Positions 31,872 through 45,092 of a stretch of DNA of 64,000 nt are shown here, piece by piece. Under the pieces are notes generated by a model. It worked only from the letters and a program-made list of their open reading frames with translations, made no database searches and was not told the DNA's origin. Each line of letters starts with the position of its first letter. The stretch's first letter is position 1. The DNA lies in the NCBI RefSeq assembly GCF_009914755.1, contig NC_060929.1; one strand, written 5' to 3'. Both the position numbers and the translations under genes were made by a program. Origin of the DNA: the human T2T-CHM13v2.0 reference genome, Homo sapiens.

Positions 31872-34800
31872 ATAAAATTCTGGTACAATTTAAATATATA
31901 TCTTTTTCTCAGTAAACAAGACCACTGGCCACTCAGGCAAAAACAAATTAACCTGAGCTGTATATGTACATAAACACACACACATACATGCACATGGGCA
32001 AATATGAATTTGTGATTGAGGCATGTGCCAATTCTAATCGCTCCCACATTTTTTTACATAATTATATTGTAACTCTTTGGACTAAGGTGCACAAGTGCTT
32101 GTCTGACATACCAATGAAAATGAAGAGAGGTAATCTATCATCCCTCCCACCCTTAAAAGACAACGTAGTCACCTAAGTAGCCAAAGTTGTCACAGAGAAT
32201 ATCATGATCATCTTTTGTGCATTCCACAAACATTTATGGAACTTCTAGTCTGGGGCCTGACATCTTCACTCAGAATGCTACAGCAAGCAAGACAAAGTGG
32301 GTCCTGCTACCTCTCAAGTGCTAGAGGGGAGAGAGACAATGAGCAAAGAACAGAATCGATAAAACAATCACCAGATGATGGTAAAAGCCAAGAAGAAACT
32401 AAAATAGGTGATGTCATAGAGCGACTGTGGGACTGCATCAGATTGAGAGATCAGGGAATGTGCCAATGAAGGTAACTTATGAGCTGAGACCTGAATCACC
32501 AGTGTTTAGGATATAGCTCTATGGTCTAATTTTTCAGGTCATTTTATGATGTGGCTCCTTCATGCACATTTAAATGAAGTGATTAGAATACACACCTGGT
32601 GGATAGGGTTCTATATTATACCCTCAGCTACCTCCCACTTCCTTTTTAAGCTTCATTCTAAAATGACATTTTAAAAATGTAAGTGGCAAAGCTAGACCCA
32701 TTAGCTATAAGTGATATAGAAATCCCAAAAAGATGTTCCAGCAGGGATTGAGCTGGCCTTTTAGACAAAAATAATGAGGTCATTGCTTTGTTGACTGCCA
32801 TCGACTTGCATATCTCAGCCTCTATCAGTGACCAAAATCATCCAACAAAATGACTCCTTAAGTGCTTATGATGAAGAACAGCTACCAGAACACCCAGGCA
32901 AGCATTCTTACACTCATATCTTCTGTGAATCCATCAGCCAGCAGTTCCCATGCTCAGGGTAAGGAGCAGACATATTTCTTGTCAGTAAGTTTATCTATTG
33001 AGATGCTGTGGAATGTTCTTATCCATCATCTTGTACATCATATACCATAACTCTTATGGCTTATGACTTGTAGACAACACAAATAGCCACCTGAAGGTGT
33101 CCTCATGCAAAATTTTGCTGTTGAGAAAATAACCACTAGTCTTATAACCCTGTGGCAATCCTTTATTCTCCCTAAATACTAATTTTTGCATGTCAAAAAA
33201 AGTTAAACAGATGAACTCTAAATTTGAATTTTAGTCTTTTAGATTTCCTAAAAATGATTCAAACAATATTTCCTTGCAAGGGAAGATATAAAACATTTGC
33301 TTGAATTCAAGAAAGAGTAATATCTGAGCATTTTGAGCACTGTATCCATTGGGCATATGCATGGCTGCAACTAATGAGAAAGTAAACAGTGGCTTCAACA
33401 AATAAGGCTTTATTTTTCTCTCGTAACAAGCAGCCTGGAGGTAGACTTTAGCTGGCTTTTGCTCAGCAGCATCACAATGTTAGGGTCAGCATATCCCTTG
33501 CCTATTCCTTGCCTATCCCTTGATCTTTCCCTTATCTTGTCACCTCAAGTTCACAAACTGGCTGCCGCAACTGCAAAAATCATATCCTCATGACTGACTG
33601 AAGAGCTGGAAGATTAGTAGAGGCAGGAGGAGTGCCATCCAGGTTTATCTTTCTATATGGGGAAAAAAAAAAGTATTTTATAGAAGCTCCTGCAGCAGCC
33701 AACTCCTTTGGTTTCATGTGTCATATGACCAACTCTAGGTCCAAAGTGCCTATGACTTTGCTTCTCCAGCCTGAATTGTGGAAATCCCAGTCTTTTCTAT
33801 GGTTTTTGGGTCAGCCAAGAAACCATGTCTACCACAATAATTTCTGTATTATATCTTCATATCCCTACACATCTCCTTCATTACACCTCCCAGGATAGTT
33901 ATCTAGGTAGGGTTTGACTAAAATACGGACATAGAGCCAACATTAAACTATTGAGTAACTGAGATTTTTGAAGGCACTGGCTTATAGGAAATGTTAGCAG
34001 GAAAAACCAGTACCAACTGAGTCAAACAGGAAAGACTGCCTCAATGTTTGCCAAAATACATTAAGGCTAGCAGTTGGCTGATTTTCAAAAAATATATTTT
34101 CTAATTGTAAAAGAAATATAAGCTTATTTAACAAGAATTTTTGATTGTAGGGAATCATAAAAAGAAAGTGAAAGTCATCTAAAAGTAACTCCCTACATAT
34201 TTGGTATATTCCCTTCAAAACATTTTTTGTAAGCGTTCTGCACATTTTCTTCCTTTCTCCACTCTGTTCTTTCCGTAACTATGCTAAGTTCTTCTGAAAT
34301 CTGCTTTCATCTACCGAATATATCCTCGTTCCCTCTGCATATGGTTGCTGTGTTATATCCCATTATGAAGTATCATTGTTAAGAACACAGATCACCCCAG
34401 ACCATCTGGGTGTCACCCCCAACGTGACCACTTATCAGCTGCATAACTTCTTTGTGGTTCAATTTTGTCATATTTAAGATGAGATAATAATACTATCTAT
34501 GTACAGGATTGTTGTGCAAATTAAGCTAGTTAATCCTTGTAATGCACTTAGTAGAGTGACAGGCAAATAATAGAGCTCTATAAATGTCAGCCAGTTTTAT
34601 TGTATGGAAATATGTCAACTAATTTTATTAATCTTGAATTGGTAGATATTCAAATTATCTTAAAATATTTGATTTGATAAATGGCCCATCCATTAATATC
34701 CTTGAAAATACATCTTGTCAAATAATGTCCTAAGGATACATTCCCTCAAATATAATTGTTGGGCCAAAGGATATCCACACTTTAAATTTTGACAATTAAT

Positions 34801-35003
34801 TTCAAGCTGCTCTTTAGAAAGCTTGTTCAAAGCCATGTAGGAATTGCCTGTTTTTGGGTAAAGGAAGGTCTATTTTCCCATTCTAGACATTAATTTTTGC
34901 CAAACCAGCAGTGAGAATTCTCATTACTCTTTTAATTCACGTTTCTTTAATATGTAAAAAGGTTTAAAATTTTCTAAGTGTTTTTTAATCATTCATATAT
35001 ACA

Positions 35004-35290
<287 letters not shown>

Positions 35291-37000
35291 AATCATTCAT
35301 ATTTTTAATGAATCATTTGATTGTGTCCTTAGAGGCTTAATGGATTTTTTGTTGTAGGGGTCAGGTGACTTATATGCCCTTTAAATTAAAGAGTCCAACA
35401 GCAAAAGGGAGTCTGACAATATTCCAAACATTTCTTTTTGCATTCTCAATGACTGCTACCAAATTTTTCTCAGTTTGAAAGAAATAGCTGGTTAAGAGGA
35501 ATTTTCAGCCTTTGTGAGATGTGCATCTGTTTAGAAAAGTCTATGAAAAGGGAATAGTAAAAAGATGTGGGGAAAAAAAACAGAAGAAAGCTATTTTAAA
35601 TGAGAATGAGTTACTGAGTTATCTATTTGATCATTTTTTATTTTGATTATATTCGACTTATTATTTTGACATGCCCTGAATTGTCAAGGAGAAAAAATGA
35701 GACTACTGTTTTGCTAAGTATTCCTGGTATGCATCTTTGTGGGGGTATGAATCACATAAGTCAACTTTTCAACTTTCCTAGGACCACTTGCCTCAGCATC
35801 ACTCAAAGAGCTTAAATATCCAATTCTGGAATTTAATCCTCCAGACACTAAAGATGAGTCTTTAAAGATATATCCCAGATAGCTCCATCTTGTAAAGGCC
35901 CTTTCTAGGAGATTCTTACATGCACAAATTTTGAAAAAAAAACTTTGGAAAATACCCATTTAGTACCTTCAGTTCATTCGATTGTTCATCCATTTGTTCA
36001 AAGAGTAATTAAAATAATTACTGAGCACCTACAATGTGCCAGCCACTGTTCTGGAGATGGAACAGTGAATTAAGCCCATGGTCTAATAGGGCTTACATTA
36101 TAATGAAGGAAGTCAAACAACAACAAAAACATGCATTGTTATGCAAGGTGGTAAGTGCTATTACAAAGACTAAAGCAAAGTAAGAGGAAAGACAGTGATG
36201 TGGGGTGGGTACTACTGTAGGTTTATTAATAATCTATGACTTTCATTTGTCTCTTTTTTTGAACAATAAAGTTACTTTAATATCAATCTTAGAGGCATTC
36301 CAACTTCTCAGTTCACCTGAGTTTGGGGCTGCCTCTCTTGTCCTCAACATATTCTTGCTTCCTTCCACCTTCACCTATTCCTGGAGACCTCTGGCCCTAT
36401 GGGGTATTAGCAAGGTATAGACTCAGTGGCCAAAGGGCTAGCCTTCTGCATCAATAGGACCATGAACAAACTAATGTGTGGTAAATAAAGAGCCTAGACA
36501 GCAATCAAGCAGTGATAAAATATGAACCAAAGCAATATTTACAGCCTACCTATGCCAATAAATTATCAACTGAAATCTTCAAGAAGCACACAGGCCAAGA
36601 CATGGTGGAAGGATCCAGCACATTGGACAGCGCCAGTAGCATGGTAAGGTACAGCTGCGGAGGTCCTGCTGGCAGCTGCCAACTAACTTCCTGAGCATTA
36701 TATTGCTCAATGCTTGGGTTAAATGAAGGTCAAGGGGTGGGAGGTGGAAGAATGAACCCAGAGCTTCAAAAGACCCTGAACCAAATCTGGTTAAACCAAG
36801 CACTGCTCAAGGAGGTTTTAGACCCTAAACCTAAAATGCAGCCAGAAACCCATACCAACAGTTACTCCTCTTTCAGAAGTAGCTGCAACAGCAACAGCAA
36901 TGGAAATAAATATCTGGCAAACAGATTATTTGGCAGTTAGAGTTGAGTATGCAATTTTGGGTATACAAGTAGAGGTCTGCTCAAGTAAGACCAGAGTTTA

Positions 37001-37234
37001 TTCTCCTCCTTCTCCTTCCCTTTCCTCCCCTCCTCCTCCCACTCCCTCTCCTCCTCCTCTTCCTCTTCTACTTCCTTGTTTCTTCTTCTTCCCTTCTTCT
37101 TCTCCTCCTCCTACTTCTTCCTTCTTTCTTCTTCTTTCCTCTTTCTTCTTCTCCTCCTCCTACTTCCTCTTCCTTCTCCTTCTTCCTCTTCATCTTCTTC
37201 TGCTTTCTTCATCCTCCTCCCTCTCTTCTTCTCC
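37001..37234. repeat. CT-rich (CCT/CTT) low-complexity polypyrimidine tract
   Basis: About 230 nt almost entirely C/T, adjoining the tail of an antisense Alu. Confidence 0.9.
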
Positions 37235-37535
37235 TTTTTTTTTTAAGAGACGGTCTTGCTCTGTGGCCCAGGCTGGAGTACATGGAGTGCAGTGCCACAA
37301 TCATAGCTCACTGCAGCCTTGAACTCCTGGACCCAAGCAATCCTCCTGCCTCAGCCTCCTAAGTAGCCGGGACTACAGGCATGCACCACCACACCCAGCC
37401 AATTAAAAAATTTTCTTTTAAGGAAAGGGGTCTTGCTATGTTGCCCAGGCTGGTCTTGAACCCCTGGGCTCAAGTGATCCTCCCACCTAAGCCTCCCAAG
37501 TAGCTGGGATTATAGGCTTGAGCCACAGCACCCAG
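37235..37535 (-). mobile_element. Alu (AluJ-like)
   Basis: Antisense Alu directly after a long CT-rich tract. Confidence 0.88.
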
Positions 37536-37596
37536 TAGAGTTTCTTAACTGGTATCCATGCACTGGCTAGTCCATAAACCCTATGATATAAGCAAG

Positions 37597-37674
<78 letters not shown>

Positions 37675-37694
37675 TATAGGTAGATAGAGATCTG

Positions 37695-37731
<37 letters not shown>
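37597..37731. repeat. Compound microsatellite (CT)n(CA)n-spacer-(TG)n
   Basis: Direct reading. Confidence 0.95.
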
Positions 37732-37733
<2 letters not shown>

Positions 37734-40700
37734 CAAGGGGGCTGTGTACATGTACATTATTTTTTCTGGGAAGAATTCTTATAGATTTCATCAGATTCTC
37801 AAAGGAGACTGTAACCCAGTAAAGCTTAGGAACTATCATCTTAGACCAAGGATCAGTATCCTTTAGAACTTGAGCTGGAATATATAATTCAGCCACAGAA
37901 GGCTCTTGGTTAGAATGAATGTCATGGAATACTACTTCCACACAAACCCCAGCTACTGACACTCACCCTCAGGGTTATAAAATGTCTCATGCCTTGTGAG
38001 TTCAGTCCTTTGGACAGGAAGCTAAAAGTTTCATGTTCGTTATATATAAAGATCCGGGTTAGGGATTTTAAAAAACACATTACTATGTTAGCTAGCTGTC
38101 ACTGCACGGTAAACCACTCAAAATTTAGTGGTGTTATTTACTTATGAATTGGTAATGTCAGCAACATGGATTAGGTTCAGCTAGACGATTCTTTTGCCTA
38201 GGAATTACAAGGCATGGGTTTAGAATCCCACATTATTTTTGCCACATTCATTAGTCAAGGTGCATTACAAGGCCAACCCAGATTCAAAGTTGTTGAGAAA
38301 CAGACTACTTCCTCATGGGATGAGCTGCAAAGTCACACTGCAAAGGGGCTGCTCATGGAAGAATCACTGCGGTCATCTTGAAAACAATCTTCCACAGCTA
38401 CATGCTGAAGAATTCATAGTTAAAATAATATGTTATCTGTGATTTGCTTGAAAACATCCCAGAAACAAAAACTGGTGGGAAAATAATTGAAAGAAAAATG
38501 GCAAAAAGTGATCATTGTTGAAGCTTGATGATGGGCACATGAGGGTTATTTACATTAGTCTTTTTACTTTTGCATGCATTTGTAATTTTTTAAATTAAAA
38601 GGTTAAAATTAAATTAACAAAACACATGCTCTCTATGAATCCTTGTAACAATTATCTTTTCCCCTTTTACATGTGTGGACAGTGAATAGGGGGCAGTCAT
38701 GTGACTGGTCATTTCTAAGGTCACTCATAGAATAATAGCTAATATTTACTGAAGACATAAAATGCACCAGCGCCTTCCCAACATTGTACATCATATCTCA
38801 TTTAGTCCTCACGATACTACGCATCAGGTAGTATTATTGTCTCCATTCCTAAGATAAGAAACACCAGAAAGCTGCCCAAGTTTACAAAATAAGTAGTGAA
38901 AGCCTGATTTGGATCCAAGAAATGTGGCTTCAAAGCCTCCACCCTATGAGGAGCAAAGCTGAGATTAGAATCAAGCTCTGTATGGCTCCAGCAGCAGGAC
39001 CTCCCACTCCACGGTGCTAGGCTGGGACTTTCAGAGCTGGTGCTTCCCACGTCATTTTCCTTCGCTATACTGCCTGTCTGAATTTCCCTTCCCAAATTTG
39101 CACATTGCACATTAATACTGCACACTCAGTAGGGATCTGACTAAGTGGCCCACTTAGGGGCCCACTTAGTGGCTCACTTAGTCAGTAGGGATCTGACTAA
39201 GTGGCCCACAGCCCACTTCCCATAGGTGGAACACCTCTATTTTCTTCTACTAAATATATAATATATCTGTAAGTGCTTTATAAACTGTAAGGTAATTTGA
39301 AAGGTTCACTTGTTCTACAAATTAAGTAGCATTTTGAATGAACAACTAGTTGAAAAATTATTTTTAAGACTCTCCAAAGAAGTTAAATCTTGTGGTAAAG
39401 CTCTCCTTTGGAATTGTCCTTACCAACATCTGCAAGTGCAAGCGCGTTTTCGTTCAGGGTGAGAATTGTAGGTGAGAATCATCATTGTAGGAGGAAAAGC
39501 AAGAAGATTCATGAAGTGGGAGTTTGGGCTATCAAAGTTTGTTTCCAGGAATGACCTAAGAAGAACCAACTGGGAGCAGCTTGGGATTTTTCATTTACTC
39601 TTCCTTCAGAGTGAAGATACTCTGTGCTACTCCTAAATGCTCTCCTGTCTATGTGTTAGAGCCTCAGCCACTCCAGCCTGAGGCTGTAGCTTGTCACTCC
39701 CGACTCTGAGGAAGTAAGAGAGACAATGTACCAAAATACTCAGCAGGAAAATCAGAGTGGAGGGATTTCACTCCCATGTTATACGAAATAGCACTAGGCA
39801 TTGCCTGAAAGGATCCTTTGTCCAACCCCATCAGCAGCAACACCACATCCCAACTGCAACGGAGAGGTCTATAGATGCAGAGTCGAAGTGTGTGCGTGTG
39901 TGTGTGTGTGGGTGTGTGTGTGTGAATGGATTCATGACTTATTTAGAAACATACCAAAACTTAAAAAGAGAACGTTTGCTCTAAGAGTTAGTTACTGATA
40001 CAAAGCAAAGTGACAGAATATTTTATTGAGATTCAGAATAAAAATCGTTCTTCCGGGGTCCTATGTATCTTTTTGTAAGATAGGCTTGTGTTCCTTCCAT
40101 AATAAAGGGAAAGTAAGTAAAATGGTGTCTTCCACACGTACAAGACTTGTCAACAGTCTTCTCCCAAGCATCCCAGCTGTCCAGAGGACATTAAAGGACT
40201 GAAGACATTAATTGATTGATAACATGGAGCTATGCAGTGCTTTCCAATGCTTCATCTTTCTAAGAAATCAAAATTAAGGAGCATGAGAAAGCAGAATCAG
40301 CTAATTACAAAACTTAACATTATATAAAAATATAGAAGGAGAGATAGAGAGAGAGAAAGAAGAGAAAAAAAGAAGAAGAGAGATAGAGAAGCAACCTTCT
40401 TACAGACAAGCTCCTTAATCACTCAGGTTTCAAACTCAGTCAATTACAATCACACACACAAAACAGTCAAATATTTAATAAAAACACAGTTGAAACTTGA
40501 CCTCAAATACTTGTAGGTGCGTTGTATGTATCAGGTTTCCCAGAAACAGGAGTCATAAAAACACATTATTTATCAAGAAGTATTTTCTCTCGCCATCCAA
40601 GTAAACTCTTGCCCTGGAAACCACACAGCTGTCACCTTTGGGAAAGAGGTTGGATTGCGGGTGCTAACTTTCCTATCTTTAAGTTCCTTCAAACCAGGCA

Positions 40701-41566
40701 AAGGTAAATCAAAATTTGAATTCTCTTTAGCTTTCAGAATTTCAGAGAAACCAAAAGTCTATACCAGAATATCAGCCAGATACTATGAAGGGATCATAGT
40801 TGAGAGAGTTGGAACTGCTGAGTTTTTAATTTTAAAGTTGGTGCTACTCAGCCTGGAATGCACTCTAGGTCACAGCTCTCAGCACATGCCCCCTTGCAAT
40901 CACGGCCGCCAGACATTTTTCTCTCACTGTGGGAAACTGTCGAATCGTTTTTCTTTGCGTGTGCATATTTAAGTCACGGGAAATGGTCTTTATATCCCAC
41001 TCATAGGAATGAATGAGGTGTGAGAACATTTTAATTTCATAAAAATGTTTCATGTCTTTATCAGACTGGATTTGCTTTTGTTTCTTTTGCATAGCTGCTT
41101 AAAAATTCCCGTAATTCTAAAAGTGATGTGGATTCATTATGGGAAATGTGTACATACAGATAATAAAAGCAAAGAAGCAGAGGAAGCCATCTAAAGACAT
41201 GCAAAGACAACTACTGTTAGCATTGCCTGTCGTCTGGAAGCCTTTCTTAAAATATAAATTTTTCATTATTAAGGGTCATCTTCATATTTTCAAGAAAAGT
41301 GCCTTTGAAATAATTTAGAATTTCATCACAATTCTGATACTTATAATTATAGAATTATGACATTATAATTTTCACTGTAAATAATGCTTATTGTAATAAA
41401 CAATAAAGAACAATGAAAACTAAGAAATAAACCTAAACCAGTATCTATGTAATTACAGGCAATTAAGGGTAATTAAAATATAATTGGCCTTGGTTAAAGT
41501 CGAAAGAGATATCATTTGGGCCCCAGCTCTGACACTAACCCATAGTGTGATCAAGAATAAATTACT

Positions 41567-41879
<313 letters not shown>

Positions 41880-42581
41880 TTACCTCTATTAAGTTCAGTT
41901 TTATCTGCAGAATGAAGTGGCCAGATTTTATTCCTAAGGTCCCTTCTAGCGTTAAAGTTGTCTGATATCAGTTGAAGCAGAGTCAACAGTTAAGCACCTC
42001 TTTGCTATATTTTACCTGTATAGGCAATCACTTCTAAATATTCAAATTACTAATTTTATTTTTCCTTCTAGATGAGCTTATCCAGATGATACTTTAATTC
42101 TTCATCAGTAAGAACACAAAGAAGTAAACCAACTTAAGAGTTATTATGTTAGTCATAAATTTATTCATATGCTAAGCAGACTAAATTGAAATATGACAAA
42201 AATGACTTTTAGAGCTACCACACAAATTTTTCCTCAAGCAGAGTATCAGATAGTCTATTGCAATATTAAGAACTTCATTTGTATAAAGGAGAAGAATCCT
42301 ATAATCAGATTGGAGGACATTGGAGTGATAATATAATTGAATCTTGCCTCATGGCATGGATGGCAAATTCAAATGCATACAGGAATCATACACACAGGTA
42401 ATATAAATGTCTTCTTATATCTGGCCCTTTTGAGAAAAGCCGATGATAAAGTGACAGGCCTTGGTGAACTGGAAAAAGCATACCCAGTATAAGATCCAAG
42501 GAACTGGTGGATTGTTGACATGAGGAGTATGGACACAAAATAGCCAAATCTGATTTTTCAAAATACACTGGAAATCCACAT

Positions 42582-42590
42582 TGTGTGTGT

Positions 42591-42628
<38 letters not shown>
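42582..42628. repeat. (TG)n microsatellite
   Basis: Direct reading. Confidence 0.95.
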
Positions 42629-42633
<5 letters not shown>

Positions 42634-44358
42634 CCCAAGTTTCCAGCTTTAAATCAAATATTTTTTTTTTCTTCTGCACTGTGTGTGGGCCAAACAGCAC
42701 AATGGTGGGCCACTAATTTGCAAACCTACAACTTATACTGAAAAACTGACTTCTTCCATTTTCTGGAAGAAGAGAGACAGAGAAGCAACCTTCTTACAGA
42801 CAACCTCCTTAATCACATAGACATGCAACTGAAACACCAAACAGTGGAAGACCAAACCAATCATCTGTGGAGGGGAAGAGTAAACCTATATTGTAATAAA
42901 ACAACCACAACATTTATGCCTAAGGAGATAAATTTTGAATATATTTTCTCCAAATAGCTAGTGATGATTGGATTGTTTTACCCACAGGCAAATAAACTTG
43001 CAATTCTTTGCTTTTCAGAGTTGACATCCTACAAATACAAACTAACCATTTTTAAATGAACTTGGTAAAAAGCCTTATTATCAATGTATGTAATTTCCTT
43101 TAATTAAGGTTGGGCAATAAAATTATCCCAAAGCCTCTGACCAAGTCCCCATCCTCGTCCAGCCACAGTGAGAAAGGAGGAACAATGCTAACAAAGATAT
43201 TCCACTGCTGTGCTAATGCATCCAACACTAGCACACTTTTCCCTCCTTCTTGTTCCTATAAAAACATCTGTGCAAAGTGGGCCCAGCTGGCTTGCAAATA
43301 TGTTCCAAGATGCAGACCAGTTTCCAGCCCCTTTGTATCACCCTTTGTCTTGTCTCCTTTCTGCCAGTGCGCATTTCTCTCTTAAGTAGCTAATGCTTAG
43401 TGAAAAAAATCAATGTTAACAGGTTAAAAGTTAATGTGCTTCACCTGTTTCACCTCCGTCCATTAGTAAACTTGGACCAGCAAAGGGGGATTTGACATAT
43501 TACCTGTTTGCCTATCTCCTCCATGGGGGAAATTATGAGGGGTTCTCAAGAGTTATTCATCAAAACGTCAGGCTCCAATTTGGTAAAATCATTATAACAC
43601 CTGCTTTCTGGGAATTATCGTGAAATCTCACTCCTTTTCCCTTTGTAGAGAACCTGCTGTTGGCTAAGAAATACACCCACCCACGACTTTTATTTACAGT
43701 TCAAAGTCTATTTGGGATGGTAGGAAGGAAGGAAATTTCAGGAATCAGCTAGTAGTGAACAGTCCTTAGAGACTGAGGCAGAAAAGCATCCAGACTGCTT
43801 GGGAAGCCTCCTGAGATTAGGGGGTTCTTACAACACTGCAAAGGACTTCCAAAGTTTCCATTAGTTCAGACTCACTGAGTTATGAGAGCAGTTCCACCTG
43901 GAAACTATCTCAATTTCAGCCAAGGCAGCAAGCATTTGATATTCAGATAGATTAAGAAGAATAACGTGTAAAAAAAAAATGTGAAGGGGGTTGGGGAATA
44001 TGGGAGCAAGTCTGAGGCACTTGAAATCATCAAAAAAGTTCAAAGTGGCAAAATAGTGATCCCTTAGAGAGTACAGAGCTGGGGTTCCTGGAACCAAAAC
44101 CTATACTCAGATTCAGGTCTTCACCTTTATCCACATCCTAGTTCTTGCACAGTAAACCTCCTCGGTCTTCTTGGCTCACTGGGGGATTTTAGAAGTATTT
44201 TAATTCCCATACTGCTGGTGGCTCTTTATTTACCACCTTCACAGCAAGAAAGTAAGTGCTAAAAGGCCACAAACCCTGAAGTTTCAAGGGATGGTGCTCG
44301 CCTCAACCCGAATTCAGCTGCTGACTTTCCCAAGAATAAGCCATGCTCTCCCACCTTT

Positions 44359-44534
44359 AGTGTTGCCAGATGTAGCAAATAAAATTGCAAGGTGCGAGTT
44401 AAATTTGAGTTTCCAATAATAGTAAATAATTTTTATTATAATCCCAAATATCACATAGGCATACTTATACTAAAAATATCCATTTAGTTGAAATCAAATT
44501 TAACTGGGTATCCTGTATTTTATCAGGTAACCCT
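44359..44534. mobile_element. MER53 palindromic hAT-type MITE
   Basis: GTTGCCAGATGTAGCAAATAAAA...AGTTAAATTTGA...TCAAATTTAACTGGGTATCCTGTATTTTATCAGGTAACCCT; internal inverted symmetry. Confidence 0.8.
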
Positions 44535-44704
44535 GCTATGAACAGATTCAGAAAGATGGTTGGACTTTACAGCCTAGTGCATTGAAGAAGAAAATTCATT
44601 CAACAAAGCTAGTGAAGGGGAATTTTTAAAATGTATGAAGCTCTTAACTGCCAGAAAAATGCCAAAAGATCCACCTTATGTGCCTCTTTATGTGATCGGC
44701 TAGT

Positions 44705-45092
44705 CCAGAGATTCTACACCCTGGCTGCACGCTAGTCACTAGGGAAAGCTGAATGTTTCTGATGAGTGCACCCTTCCCTAGACCTAATGAATCAGAATGG
44801 AATTTTTTAAAGATGCTCCCTAATTCTAAAGAGCAGTCAGGTTAAGATGCACTGAGCTAAAGAGGCAATGAAGAAAAGCTGAAGTGTGGTAGAGAATGTA
44901 TGACTATTTCAACTCAAGGTTCCTAAACTTTGCTGCAGATTGGATTCACCCAAGGATTTTTGAAAATCACTGACACCTGGCACCTACCCCAGACATTTCG
45001 GTTTAATTAGTGCTAGGTACAGCCTGGGCATCAGGATTTGTGAAAGTTCCTCAGGCTTTTCTAATACAGAACAAAGTGTGGAAAACACTGTG
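44705..45092. mobile_element. MER5-family (hAT-Charlie) fragments
   Basis: CCCTGGCTGCAC...AGACCTAATGAATCAGAAT; AAACTTTGCTGCAGATTGGATTCACC...CCTGGGCATCAGGATTT. Confidence 0.6.

Noticed and set aside
36900-37322. 140-aa Pro/Ser/Phe/Leu-rich ORF
   Set aside because: Translation of a stop-free CT-rich tract plus antisense Alu.
44359-44534. MER53 hairpin as a miR-1302-like miRNA precursor
   Set aside because: The copy is degenerate with a partly deleted centre, and there is no expression evidence.
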